DNA from: a virus
Virus record (IMG/VR): IMGVR_UViG_3300029349_000001
Span: 32,001 to 96,000 of that record
Reading direction: 5' to 3' (one strand)
DNA length: 64,000 nucleotides
This document shows positions 1 to 11,584 of this stretch, piece by piece. Positions within the stretch are counted from its first letter, which is position 1; the number at the start of each line of letters is the position of its first letter. The notes under the pieces were generated by a model. The model was given only the letters and a program-made list of their open reading frames with translations. It was not told the origin of the DNA and did not search any database. Made by a program: the position numbers and the translations under genes.

Positions 1-4
1 ATTT

Positions 5-3000
5 ATGCCAAAAACAGAGATATCTGGCGATAGTATCAAAGTTGATGGGAAAAATATAATTATAGATAGTCTTCTTGATCCAAAATCTAGACCAGACTTA
101 TCTCCCCAGGTTGATGTTACTTCAACAGCCGATGGCTACAAACAATTGATAACCGTATCTAATCTTTCTAAAAAAACGGGTAATTTGCATGGTTTATATA
201 CTAAAAATAATATAAATACTATTCATGCAAATAGTGATGATATGGGTGGAATCGGGAATATATATGGTATTAATGCACAGAATAGGGATCTAAGCGGATA
301 TCCATATACTAGGATAGTAGCCGGATTGGATAGTATGAGATATGCTGGCCTAGGAGGCTTCTCTTCTATGGATATAGCTGGAGACCTTGCTTCTCAGACA
401 ACTAATTATGACAATTCCATGTTCGATGGTGATATGGCACAAATTAAACAGAGACTATCTAATGCTCAGATAGTGAAAGCTAATCTAGAAAGAACAAAAG
501 AACTATTATCTGGCGGTAACGTTAAACTTCAAGAGAGTGAAACATCAGAAGCTAATAGAAACTATGTAAATAAACTACAACAATTACTTAGCGGTTCGGT
601 ATTTAAAGCGACTTTTTCCGAAGCCGAAATAAAAGGAAAAGATTCTGTCAAGCCACCCATAACTCTGTATAACCTAGATGGTAATGATTGGGATTCTAGA
701 GTAGATGTTCTTGACAAGGATGCTTCTGTTACAAAAGGAACGTACGCTGGTAAAAAGGGCTCTAGCTGGATCCCTGTTGGATCAAGAACCATGGGCGTGG
801 GAACAGTACCTGATCAATTTAGTATTCAAAAATGGTTTCCTTGGGTTGGGTCTGGATTTAATTCTACTATTTTTGATGATCTTAAAAACAAATATAATGC
901 ACAGAATCCAAACAATGTAAAGGTAACTCCAGGATCATATGCTGATGATATAATGGCATTTAATTATAAAAACATAGAAGGACCTATGTTCGATGCTAAT
1001 AAAAAGATGACCAAAAACAAATACAAGTTTACAACAGTTTCGCTGGATCAAAATACTGTAAACGAGAAACTGAATCCGTTCCGAGACTTAGTTGATCAAA
1101 ACCTTCTTCCACAAGATCCAGAAAAATCCGAGATTTACGCAAACACTCCGGGTGATCTAATAGGTATGATCAAAAATTTGGTCAATAATACTATTCTAAG
1201 AACTCAACAAAACACTTTATCATTTGGTAGTTCTATTAAGAGATTATCAGCAGCAGACAAAGCTATAGCAGACCTAGATTTTGCTCAACAAACAAAAGAT
1301 AATGCTTATTTACTTAATTCTATAGCACCAGGATTTCAATACGAAGCAAAATTATATGGAGACGAACTAAGAAAGAGAATAGCACAACAAAAACAAGATC
1401 AACAAGCAGCAGCTGGAGAAAAAGGGATAGCCAATAAAGCAAATCTTCAAGACCTACCAGAAAATCCGCTATTGTTAGCCGAACAAGCGAGAGGCATAGT
1501 TAGTAAAGTCTTATCTCCTGTTTCTGGAATTTTATCTGCATACAATATTAAACTCTCTCCTATTAGAGTAGCATCTCAAATTGCTCCATACGGTAATTAT
1601 TTATTACAGGCTCAACAGTTTTTTGGTGATGCTGTAACTCAAAAATTTAAAAACAACAAGAAGGGAATAGACCAAAGACTATGGAATGTCTGGGGAGCGC
1701 TCGGGGCCTCTGGTAAAGTATTTGAAAAACTAGGAGCGGGAGATAAGCAGGGGCTACAAACCCTATTAGGTTCTGCTGCTAGTACTCTAGATAGTACAGA
1801 TTTAGGAGATATGGTTGTACGATATGGTCAATTGTTAGCGGCTCAAGGAGCAACATTCGCTGGTACAGCTGGGCTATCTACTCCGAAAGACGTACTAAAG
1901 AAAGAAATTGGAGACAACGACAAACAAACAATAGAAGGTATATTTAAGAAAGCTCAAACAGAAGAGGCTACAGTAGCCAGAGATGGTAGATTAACCGTAA
2001 ATAAAACCGAAGGAAGGAATCTGCCGACCAACTTATTAGATCTCGGAAAGAAAATAGTTAACCCATACTCCACATTCCAACCTGGAGATCGTAGTCCTTT
2101 ATTTGATATTCTTCTCAAAGGATTGGAAACACACGACAACAAGGGGGTTAAACGCAATGTTAATGAAAAATTAGTCACCAATCTCAAAGCTCTAAAACAG
2201 TTCTATGCTTCATTTTTAGATCCGATAGTAAGCGGAGGGGTTGCTCCAAATGATGATATGATACGGCAGATATCTGATCAGTATCCAACAATGAACGCTA
2301 TTTTACAAGTATTAACTAATGGCGAATATGGAGCGATGCCGGATGCTAAAAAAATGCAAGAGCTTGCAGCTGCTAAAAAAGCCAGAATGGAAGCAGAGAA
2401 AAAGGCTAGTGGCGGCATAGTATATGCGAGCACTGGAACCCTAGTAGACTATAAACCCAGAGGGACTGATACTGTTCCAGCGATGTTAACACCAGGAGAA
2501 TTTGTAGTTAATAGACAATCAACATCCAAACACTTACCATTATTACGTGCTATTAATAGTAATAGATATCAAACAGGTGGCGTTGTATCCCCCAACTATT
2601 ATGAAGCCGGTGCGCTTGCATCAGGAGCAGCAAAGACTGTCGGTGCTATAGCAGGCATGGTCGGTATCAAATTAGATACCAAAAAACTAGAGACAGATAT
2701 TACATCAGCATTCGATAGCGGTTCTCAACAACTAAAGAGTCAACTTCAGGGTATTTTTGGATTAAAATCAGAAGACCGCAATGCATTAATATCATTTGGT
2801 ACTAGTATGGTAAGACTAGTATCTCAGCTAGCTCAAGTTAGTATACCTCCAGAAATTAAGTTCAGTATGCAGCCAGTACAAGTGAATATTACAGGCGCTC
2901 AAGGATTGACAGAGGCTGCTCAAAGTCTAATTGATGGAGCAATCAAGAAAGCTTTTGATGATTTTTTAAGTATTAATGATTTGCAGGGTACCTATAAAGC

Positions 3001-3016
3001 GCCAGATGAAAACTAG
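5..3016 (+). CDS. Tail tape-measure-like protein, C-terminal part (probably begins upstream of the window)
   Basis: C-terminal ASGGIVY...RGTDTVPAMLTPGEFVVNR...LLRAIN motif typical of tape-measure C-termini; Ala/Gln/Leu-rich helical composition; frame is open to the window edge. Confidence 0.7.
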   Translation: MPKTEISGDSIKVDGKNIIIDSLLDPKSRPDLSPQVDVTSTADGYKQLITVSNLSKKTGNLHGLYTKNNINTIHANSDDMGGIGNIYGINAQNRDLSGYPYTRIVAGLDSMRYAGLGGFSSMDIAGDLASQTTNYDNSMFDGDMAQIKQRLSNAQIVKANLERTKELLSGGNVKLQESETSEANRNYVNKLQQLLSGSVFKATFSEAEIKGKDSVKPPITLYNLDGNDWDSRVDVLDKDASVTKGTYAGKKGSSWIPVGSRTMGVGTVPDQFSIQKWFPWVGSGFNSTIFDDLKNKYNAQNPNNVKVTPGSYADDIMAFNYKNIEGPMFDANKKMTKNKYKFTTVSLDQNTVNEKLNPFRDLVDQNLLPQDPEKSEIYANTPGDLIGMIKNLVNNTILRTQQNTLSFGSSIKRLSAADKAIADLDFAQQTKDNAYLLNSIAPGFQYEAKLYGDELRKRIAQQKQDQQAAAGEKGIANKANLQDLPENPLLLAEQARGIVSKVLSPVSGILSAYNIKLSPIRVASQIAPYGNYLLQAQQFFGDAVTQKFKNNKKGIDQRLWNVWGALGASGKVFEKLGAGDKQGLQTLLGSAASTLDSTDLGDMVVRYGQLLAAQGATFAGTAGLSTPKDVLKKEIGDNDKQTIEGIFKKAQTEEATVARDGRLTVNKTEGRNLPTNLLDLGKKIVNPYSTFQPGDRSPLFDILLKGLETHDNKGVKRNVNEKLVTNLKALKQFYASFLDPIVSGGVAPNDDMIRQISDQYPTMNAILQVLTNGEYGAMPDAKKMQELAAAKKARMEAEKKASGGIVYASTGTLVDYKPRGTDTVPAMLTPGEFVVNRQSTSKHLPLLRAINSNRYQTGGVVSPNYYEAGALASGAAKTVGAIAGMVGIKLDTKKLETDITSAFDSGSQQLKSQLQGIFGLKSEDRNALISFGTSMVRLVSQLAQVSIPPEIKFSMQPVQVNITGAQGLTEAAQSLIDGAIKKAFDDFLSINDLQGTYKAPDEN

Positions 3017-3032
3017 TCGTCTTACTGTAACA

Positions 3033-3050
3033 GGTGTATTTAATAATATA
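3033..3050 (+). promoter_or_regulatory. Putative late-promoter motif GGTGTA-N5-TA
   Basis: GGTGTATTTAATAATATA upstream of AAGGA RBS; motif recurs in six plus-strand intergenic gaps. Confidence 0.55.
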
Positions 3051-3067
3051 ATCTAAAAGGAAGAAAA

Positions 3068-4501
3068 ATGATCAAATCCCCCATAAGAGTCGTTGAAAAT
3101 ATAGGATCTTATTGCCATGAGACTAATAATCGATTAGTTTTGGGCGAGATTCTAGATGGATATGCTGGACTATCTATTAATGACCATAATACATATATAC
3201 CATATATATGCAAGTCTTTTGATCTTAAAAACTGGGAGATAGGTATTGGTCTAGTGTCTGTTGTGGACTCCAAAGTTACTGTGGAGCGTGTTAGGGTAAT
3301 CAAAAAATCTTCAGAAAGTTATCAATTTGTTGGTAATAATAATCTATTTTATGTGTTTGCTAATGAATATAACTTTAATACTGGACTAAATAATTGTGTA
3401 GCATTAGAAGATCAAACAACTCTAGTTAATATTAAATGTACTTATTTAAAAACCAATGATTCTAAAGACACGTATGAACTACCCAGCAGCACAAATAATC
3501 AAGGATTAGCTATAGACTTTAAGAACACATCAGACTCAACTCTATATCTGCATAATTCAGATGAAAATGAGACATATGCTTGTGGACCCGGAGAATATCT
3601 TAAAGTTATAAGTGATGGAAATAGTTGGATTAAATTATACAGTGTGGTTGATTCTTTGGGTGTTGTGTCTTTATCAGCAGAACAACCGAACTATTTTAGT
3701 ACACAAAATCTAACAGCTTCTGGAATATACGGAGCCATACAATATAATAATAACGGCTCTATAGATGGTTCTAATCTAGTAATTAGCAGCGGATTATTAT
3801 TGCTAGGCAGTAGCTCAACGAACCCCTCGTCTGCTCAAAATATCATTCCATTATCTCTCTCTAATAAAGATACAATTTTTAATAACAACAATACTTCTGG
3901 CAATTTTATTGTTAAGGGTCTTGGTGATAAGAATTTAATTTTTACAAAAGATGGCAGACTAGGACTCAATATTCCCAGCGGTTCATTACCTCAAACAGCA
4001 TTGCACGTATTAAGTTATGCTTGTCAAGAAGGTATTAGGTTGGAAAATAGAAATTCCTGCTATCCTGCAAATCTGACCCTATATCATAAGCCTTCTACTT
4101 TGCCATCCAACGGCAGTATAGTATCAACCATTAATCTATCATCTAAAAACTCCGCCAATGCACAAGTTAATTACTCACAACTAAGATCCAAAATCATTAA
4201 TTCTGATTCTGTATCTAGTAGTGGCGAATTTGCTGTAGCAATACAGAATAACGGATCGTTAATAGAATCATTAAGAATTAATCCAACTGGATTTATAGCA
4301 TCTGTTAATACCAATTCTATTGTAGTAAATAATAATGGTATTCAATTAAACGGATCTTTAAGAACTAATCAGATTGCTACTAGTGGTAGCTTTATGATGA
4401 CTGATGGTAGTGGAAATTTAGTTTTGACAAGCCTTAATAATAGTCCTATAATAAGCTTGTTAGATGGTGATGTTGTCACATTTACTGGAGTATGTTCATG
4501 A
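3068..4501 (+). CDS. Virion/tail-fibre-associated protein
   Basis: 477-aa ORF with RBS; GAIQYNNNG and GRLGLNIPSGSLPQTALHV segments resemble tail-fibre repeats; ends in LDGDVVTF. Confidence 0.55.
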   Translation: MIKSPIRVVENIGSYCHETNNRLVLGEILDGYAGLSINDHNTYIPYICKSFDLKNWEIGIGLVSVVDSKVTVERVRVIKKSSESYQFVGNNNLFYVFANEYNFNTGLNNCVALEDQTTLVNIKCTYLKTNDSKDTYELPSSTNNQGLAIDFKNTSDSTLYLHNSDENETYACGPGEYLKVISDGNSWIKLYSVVDSLGVVSLSAEQPNYFSTQNLTASGIYGAIQYNNNGSIDGSNLVISSGLLLLGSSSTNPSSAQNIIPLSLSNKDTIFNNNNTSGNFIVKGLGDKNLIFTKDGRLGLNIPSGSLPQTALHVLSYACQEGIRLENRNSCYPANLTLYHKPSTLPSNGSIVSTINLSSKNSANAQVNYSQLRSKIINSDSVSSSGEFAVAIQNNGSLIESLRINPTGFIASVNTNSIVVNNNGIQLNGSLRTNQIATSGSFMMTDGSGNLVLTSLNNSPIISLLDGDVVTFTGVCS

Positions 4502-5022
4502 AGATTAAAAGAGATATAACATCAGAATCAGCTCCAGCCGCAAATCAACTAGAAGTTGGCGAAATAGCTATTAATGCTAGAACAGGAATTTTATACTCCA
4601 AATTAGTAGACGGCACTGTTATAAAATGGTTGGGTGCTCCGGTCTGTGAATCAGAAAATAGTACTATTTGTCCAGTTCCAGTACCAGAGATTTCTTTTAG
4701 TGACATTTCTAATTTTTGTTGTGGTGGTGATAGTTTAACATTATATGTTAGTAACTTATTGGTAGGACATAGATATTTTTGTACGATAACAGATCTTATA
4801 GAGGATTCTACAGCAGTAGTTTCTCCAGAAGAACCACCATTGTTACCAAATAATAAATCGGATAGATCTGCTACATTTAATATCAATATAGATAAAGAAT
4901 TACAAAGTATATCTATGTTTAAAGTTAGCGTATATGAAATTGTTAAAGTTAATAATATAGACACCAATATGTTGCGTTCTGAAAAGCTAATCAACATTTG
5001 CTGTCGTAACTGCGCAGGATAA
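4498..5022 (+). CDS. Tail-fibre-like protein: IKR...LEVGEIAIN N-terminal motif plus one Cys-capped beta module
   Basis: MKIKRD...APAANQLEVGEIAINARTGILYSK resembles a common fibre N-terminal motif; ATG at 4498 overlaps the upstream TGA (ATGA), so preferred to 4492. Confidence 0.55.
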   Translation: MKIKRDITSESAPAANQLEVGEIAINARTGILYSKLVDGTVIKWLGAPVCESENSTICPVPVPEISFSDISNFCCGGDSLTLYVSNLLVGHRYFCTITDLIEDSTAVVSPEEPPLLPNNKSDRSATFNINIDKELQSISMFKVSVYEIVKVNNIDTNMLRSEKLINICCRNCAG

Positions 5023-5024
5023 TC

Positions 5025-5768
5025 ATGGTAGAAAAAATAAGTTATTCTGGATCTGTTTGTTTTAGTGGCGTTGTCGTATCTTTTAGTGGATTAGATTTGT
5101 CACTAGACGAAACATATAGTATAAGATTTGATAATTTAAGTACTATTCCTGCCGCTACTAACGTTACATTGAATCCAACAGGATTTATTTTGGCTCCGTC
5201 CGACAAATCCCCAGTATTATCAACAATTTTTAAATCAAGAAGTAATTATTCCAATAATGCTAGTTTAAATTTAATTAGTTTAAGTATATATAATAACTCT
5301 AACGAGCTAATACACAGAGACTATAAATCTATCTCATGCGAGAGTTTGTGTGGCACCGGAGTTCCTTTGTCTCCCACGCCAACAGTAACGCCAACTATCA
5401 CGCCCACAATTACCCCAACACCAACCCAAACACCACCACCACCCTCTCCACAACCAACATTAAACATTAGAACATCTTTTGATAGACTTATTAATGTGCT
5501 TCCAACATGTAATAAGGTTCTTATCAGAGCTAAGGCTTATGGAGATATTAACAAAACATATGCGTATACTTTTGGTACAGATATGACCAATGTTGACTTA
5601 CAAATATCCAATCCGGCTGGATATATCACCATTTTACAAAATCCCACATACGTATATACTAATATTACATTACCCGAATCTTGTAAGGATTATGTGCTAG
5701 AATTTGGCCTATCTGATGATATTAATACCGTGCAATCGGCGGCCGTATTTAGGTGCGGCAACTGTTAA
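5025..5768 (+). CDS. Structural protein: two Cys-capped beta modules separated by a Pro/Thr linker
   Basis: Internal two-fold similarity (Y.....NP.G.I...C) and PT tract. Confidence 0.55.
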   Translation: MVEKISYSGSVCFSGVVVSFSGLDLSLDETYSIRFDNLSTIPAATNVTLNPTGFILAPSDKSPVLSTIFKSRSNYSNNASLNLISLSIYNNSNELIHRDYKSISCESLCGTGVPLSPTPTVTPTITPTITPTPTQTPPPPSPQPTLNIRTSFDRLINVLPTCNKVLIRAKAYGDINKTYAYTFGTDMTNVDLQISNPAGYITILQNPTYVYTNITLPESCKDYVLEFGLSDDINTVQSAAVFRCGNC

Positions 5769-5772
5769 TTTT

Positions 5773-5789
5773 AGTGTATTACATAAGTA
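5773..5789 (+). promoter_or_regulatory. Putative late-promoter motif variant
   Basis: AGTGTATTACATAAGTA in the gap before the RBS of 5812. Confidence 0.45.
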
Positions 5790-5811
5790 AAGCAGACACA
5801 AGGAAACTATA

Positions 5812-8800
5812 ATGCCTACTCCGCCACCGGCCCCAATTACCATTAAATTTGATTTTAGACACTATATACCCAACCAGGATTTATCTGCTGGTACTGTGCA
5901 ATTGGACGGAATGGATTGTGCTGACAAGAGTTTTGTAGCCACCATATTGGCCGAAAATCTCATGCCAGGACATAGTTATAGAACCACATATGAACTGGTC
6001 AATCCTCAAACTGATCAAAAGGTCTTCAATCCAGCTTCTTCTGATTTATATGCTTCTTATGGATCTCAAAATTTTGTTACGTCCGTTGTATTGCCTAAAG
6101 GACCAGATAAAGAATCTAATAGTTATGTACTCAAGGCCACTATTACAGATCTAACAGAAGGATCTACGGCAACAGCCTCTACTCAGATAAATCTTATCTG
6201 TGGCATAAAGAGACAGGTTTTTGAGGTAGAGCTTTTAGATCCAGATTCGCTCACATCTAGAGATGATGTTGTGGACTTGGGAGATTGTACTAACGGTTTT
6301 CCACTCGTTGGTGTTATTAAAAATGCTTTAATCGGCAAAGAATACGACTATCAACTATATGACAATCCAGCAGGAAGTATAATTTTTGAAAAACAAACAG
6401 GAAATGTTTATGCTGGAGATATTAATCAAAATTTTAATTCTAAAGTAGCCCTATCAGGCTATCCGTACGTATTCGTTCATGCTAAGGTTACAGAAAAAGA
6501 TACTGGAATATCTAGATTCAGTGATCCTTTACTATTAAAATGTTTTCAAACAGATCCGTGTGATGTTGCATTACCAACCGGAATAGATTGTTCTGTTGGA
6601 GCATACACATTAAAGAGATGTTCTTCTAGGGGTTTGACCACAGCTAGTTTATCTTCATTTTATGGAGGCACGGGTTTCTCTATTGGAGACAAGCTAACCA
6701 CTACTGGAGGCGGTGGCTACGGAGCAGAAATTGAAATTTTATTTGGTGGTATTACCGTAGATACGTTTAGTTCATTTCATGGTGGTTCCGGCTTCAACAT
6801 CAATGATCTTATTGAAGTTACTGGCGGTGGTGGCTCGGGAGGTTTAATTAAGATCATATCTGGTGGACTTACCAACGCCTCTATAGATTCTTTAAATGGC
6901 TGTTCAGGATTTAAGATTGGAGATTTGTTAACTACAGTAGGTGGAGGCGGCAAAGACGCACTAATAACAGTTACGGCCACAGGAGTAAACGGCAGTATTT
7001 CCGGATATTCAGTAACCCATTCGGGTTATGGATTTATAGATGCTCCAAGCGGTGTTATAGCTATTAATGGTAACGGCGCTTGTGCTAGTGCGTCTTTCAA
7101 TGATGATAATTTTACTATACCACCAGCAGGAGGCATTACTTCTGATTCATTGAATTTGGAGGGTGGTACCGGATATAATATTGGAGAAATACTAAACATA
7201 GTAGGTGGCGGCGGCACCGGAGCACAAGTTAAAATACTTTCCGGTTCTCTAACAGTAGCATCTATTAATAGTCTTGGTGGAGGAACAGGCTATTCTGTTG
7301 GCGATTATCTAACCACAGTAGGAGGAGGCGGTTCAGATGTTGTAATAAGAGTTACTGCTGTCGGCCCCAATGGTGAAATCTTAGCTTGGGAAATACTTAA
7401 TCCAGGATACGGGTTTACATCTGCTCCAACAGGATTAGTAGCTCTTACTGGATCTGGTACTGGAGCTACATTAGTGGCTAATGCCAATAATTTTGCGATT
7501 ACATCTGAAGGATCTATTACCGAAGATAGTATTATTAATTTAATCGGATCTGGCTCAGGATATCAAGTTGGAGATGAACTAATTGTTGTGGGCGGTGGAG
7601 GATCTGGTGCCGTAATCGTGATTACAGAAGTAAGTCCAACAGGCGCTATACTTGCTTATATTATTAAGAACCCCGGCTCTGGATATGATAGCATTCCTCA
7701 AATTGTGGACGAGAACCAGGTTCCTATTGTGCCACAACCATCTTGGAATATCTCTGAGTTTACAGACAATAGTTATGTTATTATTAATGCTGGTTCCGGA
7801 TACCAAAATCCGCCTACTGCTATCACATCAACTAACGGCGATGGCACAGGAGCAGAATTTGATGTTGATGTTACAAGATATACAGATCCAGCATTTATTG
7901 TTGTTAATACTGGTAGCGGATATACTTCAGCACCTACTGGCATAATAGTAAGGAGCGGAGATGGTTCTGGTGTTACAGCAACCTTTAACGATGACAGTTT
8001 CACTATTCCTTGTGCTGGTGGTATTACTTATGAATCTATCTCTGGACTTATTGGTAAGTCTTCTTTCTTAAATGGCGAAGAACTAGTTGTTGATGGAGGA
8101 GAGGGATCTGGAGGAAGAATTAAAGTTACAGCAGTAAATAACGGTGCTATAGTATCGTTTGTAGTCCTAAACGCTGGTTGTGGCTATACTGATGTTCCTA
8201 CTCTAAAGAGACTAAACGGCTTAGCTATAAATGGAGTGACTTTCGACGTAGAAGATTTTACCGATTTGGCTGTTATTGTTACCAATCCGGGTGCCGGTTT
8301 CTCTGATACTCCAACAGGCATAGAAGTATTGACCGGAGGAGGCAGCGTAGAAGATATATTTGTTGTATTTGATCCAGAGAAATTTATTGAAATAGTAGGA
8401 CCAATTCCTACTCCTCCAGTGCCAACTCCCACGGTAACCCCATCTCAGTCTCCACCAGTTCTATGCAACGACCTACAAACAGCTGGTGGACAAAACATTA
8501 TTTCTAATACTAAAACAATAAATATTGCACCAAGCGGACAAAACTTTATTGTGGTAGAAAATACAGAAGGACTTAATAAATATTCAATTGTAAGTTTAAA
8601 CAATGTACCTGCTGGAACCTATGTTGTAGATGTAACCAATTGGTTTGCTAATTTTGATAATCGTGTTCTCTATAAGAAAATTACTCTAAGTAATGCCATC
8701 ACTGGCGAAGTACCAGTAAATACCCCTGTTACTATTTATTCTACAGATATTAGATTAATTAAAGTTCCTTATTGGCCCGGCAATATGACATTCTCATACG

Positions 8801-9147
8801 ACGCCTATAGCGTACCAGACAGATTCAGAGTATTTGCAGTACCTATGGACTCTAGATTACCAGACGTACTATTGTTTGATAGTGGCTATAGAGGAAGTGA
8901 AGGTTGTGGATATGCCAACAATTTAAGTGGTCTTGGTTCCGGTAGTGTTCAACTGATGAAGCCGGATGGTTCTACTTTTATCAAGGTTGTGGTAGAAGCC
9001 CCATGCGAAGGAACGGCGTGGGAATATGCTCTATCGTGTCCACAAAGAGTATTTACTACTGTAACTTCTACACCTACACCCACACCAACTTTGACCCCAA
9101 GTATTACTCCTACAATTACCGTAACTCCATCTAGATCTAGCCTATAA
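5812..9147 (+). CDS. Gly-rich repeat tail/baseplate-like protein
   Basis: Two Cys-capped modules; repeated GxGyxVGDxLxxxGGGGSGA and NPGSGYxxAP units as in large-phage baseplate/fibre proteins; C-terminal YDAYSVPDRF...DSGYRG module; PT tracts. Confidence 0.6.
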   Translation: MPTPPPAPITIKFDFRHYIPNQDLSAGTVQLDGMDCADKSFVATILAENLMPGHSYRTTYELVNPQTDQKVFNPASSDLYASYGSQNFVTSVVLPKGPDKESNSYVLKATITDLTEGSTATASTQINLICGIKRQVFEVELLDPDSLTSRDDVVDLGDCTNGFPLVGVIKNALIGKEYDYQLYDNPAGSIIFEKQTGNVYAGDINQNFNSKVALSGYPYVFVHAKVTEKDTGISRFSDPLLLKCFQTDPCDVALPTGIDCSVGAYTLKRCSSRGLTTASLSSFYGGTGFSIGDKLTTTGGGGYGAEIEILFGGITVDTFSSFHGGSGFNINDLIEVTGGGGSGGLIKIISGGLTNASIDSLNGCSGFKIGDLLTTVGGGGKDALITVTATGVNGSISGYSVTHSGYGFIDAPSGVIAINGNGACASASFNDDNFTIPPAGGITSDSLNLEGGTGYNIGEILNIVGGGGTGAQVKILSGSLTVASINSLGGGTGYSVGDYLTTVGGGGSDVVIRVTAVGPNGEILAWEILNPGYGFTSAPTGLVALTGSGTGATLVANANNFAITSEGSITEDSIINLIGSGSGYQVGDELIVVGGGGSGAVIVITEVSPTGAILAYIIKNPGSGYDSIPQIVDENQVPIVPQPSWNISEFTDNSYVIINAGSGYQNPPTAITSTNGDGTGAEFDVDVTRYTDPAFIVVNTGSGYTSAPTGIIVRSGDGSGVTATFNDDSFTIPCAGGITYESISGLIGKSSFLNGEELVVDGGEGSGGRIKVTAVNNGAIVSFVVLNAGCGYTDVPTLKRLNGLAINGVTFDVEDFTDLAVIVTNPGAGFSDTPTGIEVLTGGGSVEDIFVVFDPEKFIEIVGPIPTPPVPTPTVTPSQSPPVLCNDLQTAGGQNIISNTKTINIAPSGQNFIVVENTEGLNKYSIVSLNNVPAGTYVVDVTNWFANFDNRVLYKKITLSNAITGEVPVNTPVTIYSTDIRLIKVPYWPGNMTFSYDAYSVPDRFRVFAVPMDSRLPDVLLFDSGYRGSEGCGYANNLSGLGSGSVQLMKPDGSTFIKVVVEAPCEGTAWEYALSCPQRVFTTVTSTPTPTPTLTPSITPTITVTPSRSSL

Positions 9148-9159
9148 TAGAGACATAAT

Positions 9160-10464
9160 ATGAGTGATTATTTATTATTAAAAATTAGTATTCTAGAACA
9201 TTCTACGGCCACAGAAAATTGTAGGCTTAGTGAGGATATTTTAACAGTAATTTGTGATCCGGTGCCAAGTCCAACACCAACAGCTACAAACACACCAACA
9301 CCAACACTCACAACCACTCCGACTAATACTCCTACAAATACATCAACACCCACACCGACCGCTACTGTTACAGCTTCTCCGATCACTCCTACGCCAACTC
9401 CGACAGCAACGAACACACCGACCCTAACACCAACATCTAGTGTAACTCCAACAGTTACGCCTACATTAACAGCCACGCCTACCGCTACACTAACACCGAC
9501 ACCAACAAATACTTTAATTATTCCACCAATCGTTAGTTTTAATGACACTAGTGATCAATTATATTTCTTTAATCTAAATGACTCAAGTGTTTTACTACAA
9601 ACACAAAAATCATTAGATAATGGTACTAGTTGGCAAGATATAGGTCCCTTTATCAGTGTAGATTCGAACTCAGGCATCTATGTTTCCCACACAGACAACT
9701 CCGCTGCTAAATTTAGATCTAGAGCATTTAGTTCCGGAGGCGGATCGATTGTTAGTCCTTGGTCATATGAATACGCATATGCTAATTCTGATAATTTAAA
9801 TGCTCCAGTTATTAACTATAATTACGACAATGGACTATTACAATTATTTAATTTAAATGATTTTAATGTTATTGCCCTTATAGAAAAATCAGAAGATGGA
9901 AACGTATGGCATAATATTACTGATTATAACGTAACTATGAATGCTAATAGTAGTAGATCTATGGCAGTAAATGCTAGTATTAGCACTAAATTCAGAGCTT
10001 TGGTCTTTACTCAATCATCTGGTGCTTCTGTTAGTTCTTGGGCTGTTACAAACAATCCTGTTGTAAGTCCCACACCCACAACAACACAAACATCTACGCC
10101 AACCCCAACTCCCACTTTAACATCTACAGCAACACCAACTCCTACTGTTACCGCTTCTCCTGGGGCTAATATAGTGTTAAATTCGGCCAACAATTGGACG
10201 TATGTGTTGAATAACTCGGTAATTTTAAAGTTTGTAAGACAAGACACAACCCAAACCAATATTAGTATTAATGTTCCGGCAAATAATATTACTCTTGTAG
10301 CTAATAATAGTGTTCCTAGTGTATCTAATATTGTATTTAATACAAACATTATTGGTCAGCTTATATATAATGGTCCTATATTCGAAAATAAGCCATTTAC
10401 TATGCGTATTGGTTCTACACCTTACTCTGGCACTATAAACTTCCAAACAATAACATTATCTTAA
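9160..10464 (+). CDS. Pro/Thr-rich structural protein
   Basis: Two PT tracts; tandem ~90-aa repeat (L.FNLND...KS.D.G..W...KFR); C-terminal domain similar to that of 10483. Confidence 0.55.
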   Translation: MSDYLLLKISILEHSTATENCRLSEDILTVICDPVPSPTPTATNTPTPTLTTTPTNTPTNTSTPTPTATVTASPITPTPTPTATNTPTLTPTSSVTPTVTPTLTATPTATLTPTPTNTLIIPPIVSFNDTSDQLYFFNLNDSSVLLQTQKSLDNGTSWQDIGPFISVDSNSGIYVSHTDNSAAKFRSRAFSSGGGSIVSPWSYEYAYANSDNLNAPVINYNYDNGLLQLFNLNDFNVIALIEKSEDGNVWHNITDYNVTMNANSSRSMAVNASISTKFRALVFTQSSGASVSSWAVTNNPVVSPTPTTTQTSTPTPTPTLTSTATPTPTVTASPGANIVLNSANNWTYVLNNSVILKFVRQDTTQTNISINVPANNITLVANNSVPSVSNIVFNTNIIGQLIYNGPIFENKPFTMRIGSTPYSGTINFQTITLS

Positions 10465-10482
10465 ATAATAGAAGGATAGGCA

Positions 10483-11559
10483 ATGATTATTGATAATATC
10501 TTCAACATCAAAACTTATGCCGGTAGTCAAGCGTTGCCTTTATTCAATGCCCCCAATAGCTTAGCGACTAACACAGCATACACTACGTTTCTGAATAATA
10601 TATTTACTATATATGGAACACAAACAGTAGACGGTTCCATTCCAGTCTTCTATAAAACCAATAATGTTCCGGATCCTAAATCGTCTTTACGAGCACTAGA
10701 TCCACAGCAATCTTATTACTTTATTAGCAAGGCAGACGCCACTCTTCCCTACAATATACCATATGTTGGTAATTTGTTACCATCTCCGTATCGCAATTGT
10801 CCTACTGTGGACGTAATACCCTCTAGAGTAACACTAACAGCCTCTTCTGGAAATTATTACTATTTAATTAATGATGTTGGTAATTTAAATACAGCATATC
10901 CTTATACTTACGAAGTCAAGGTATTAAGTAGTAATTGGAAGGTCACAACACTCGCTCCTTCTGGTACAGTAGCTAGTTCACAACCAAGCAATACGATTAT
11001 ATCTGCATTAAGATTTGATACGGATGCTGGTGTTACAGACTACTCTACCTTTTTACCGCCATCTACATCATCAAGTCAAATAGATCGTAATAATTTATTT
11101 GCAATTGTAGAAGTGTCTTTGAATTCTCCTCAAAATATTGATTGCCCCAAGATTGTAGACTTGATGCTACTACAGTGCAACAACTGTATTCCTGCCCCAT
11201 CCCCAACACCAACACCCACAGTAACTACAACTCCAACATTGACTCCAACACCCACCCCTACCAAGACACCAGCCCCTACTTTTGATAGCCAGTTGACTAC
11301 CGTACAAAATAACACAGCAGTAGCAGCCAACGGCATTACTTTTACCGCTGGTCTACAAGATAGACTCGACTATACTTTAATTTCACCTAGAGTTGGTCAG
11401 GCTAGGGCCGTGAATATTTTTGTTGGTGCTACACAAGTGGCTAGAGTAGACTATACTTCGGATTATGTTGGTAGAAGCTTTAGATATTATAGATCTTCAA
11501 CAGGATTATCTTATGTCGGTACATTCTCTGATACTGTGAATGGAAATATTAATTTTTAA
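10483..11559 (+). CDS. Pro/Thr-linker structural protein
   Basis: N-terminal module shared with 11585, central Cys-capped module, PT tract, C-terminal domain shared with 9160. Confidence 0.55.
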   Translation: MIIDNIFNIKTYAGSQALPLFNAPNSLATNTAYTTFLNNIFTIYGTQTVDGSIPVFYKTNNVPDPKSSLRALDPQQSYYFISKADATLPYNIPYVGNLLPSPYRNCPTVDVIPSRVTLTASSGNYYYLINDVGNLNTAYPYTYEVKVLSSNWKVTTLAPSGTVASSQPSNTIISALRFDTDAGVTDYSTFLPPSTSSSQIDRNNLFAIVEVSLNSPQNIDCPKIVDLMLLQCNNCIPAPSPTPTPTVTTTPTLTPTPTPTKTPAPTFDSQLTTVQNNTAVAANGITFTAGLQDRLDYTLISPRVGQARAVNIFVGATQVARVDYTSDYVGRSFRYYRSSTGLSYVGTFSDTVNGNINF

Positions 11560-11584
11560 TTTCTAAAAGAAGAATATCAACATC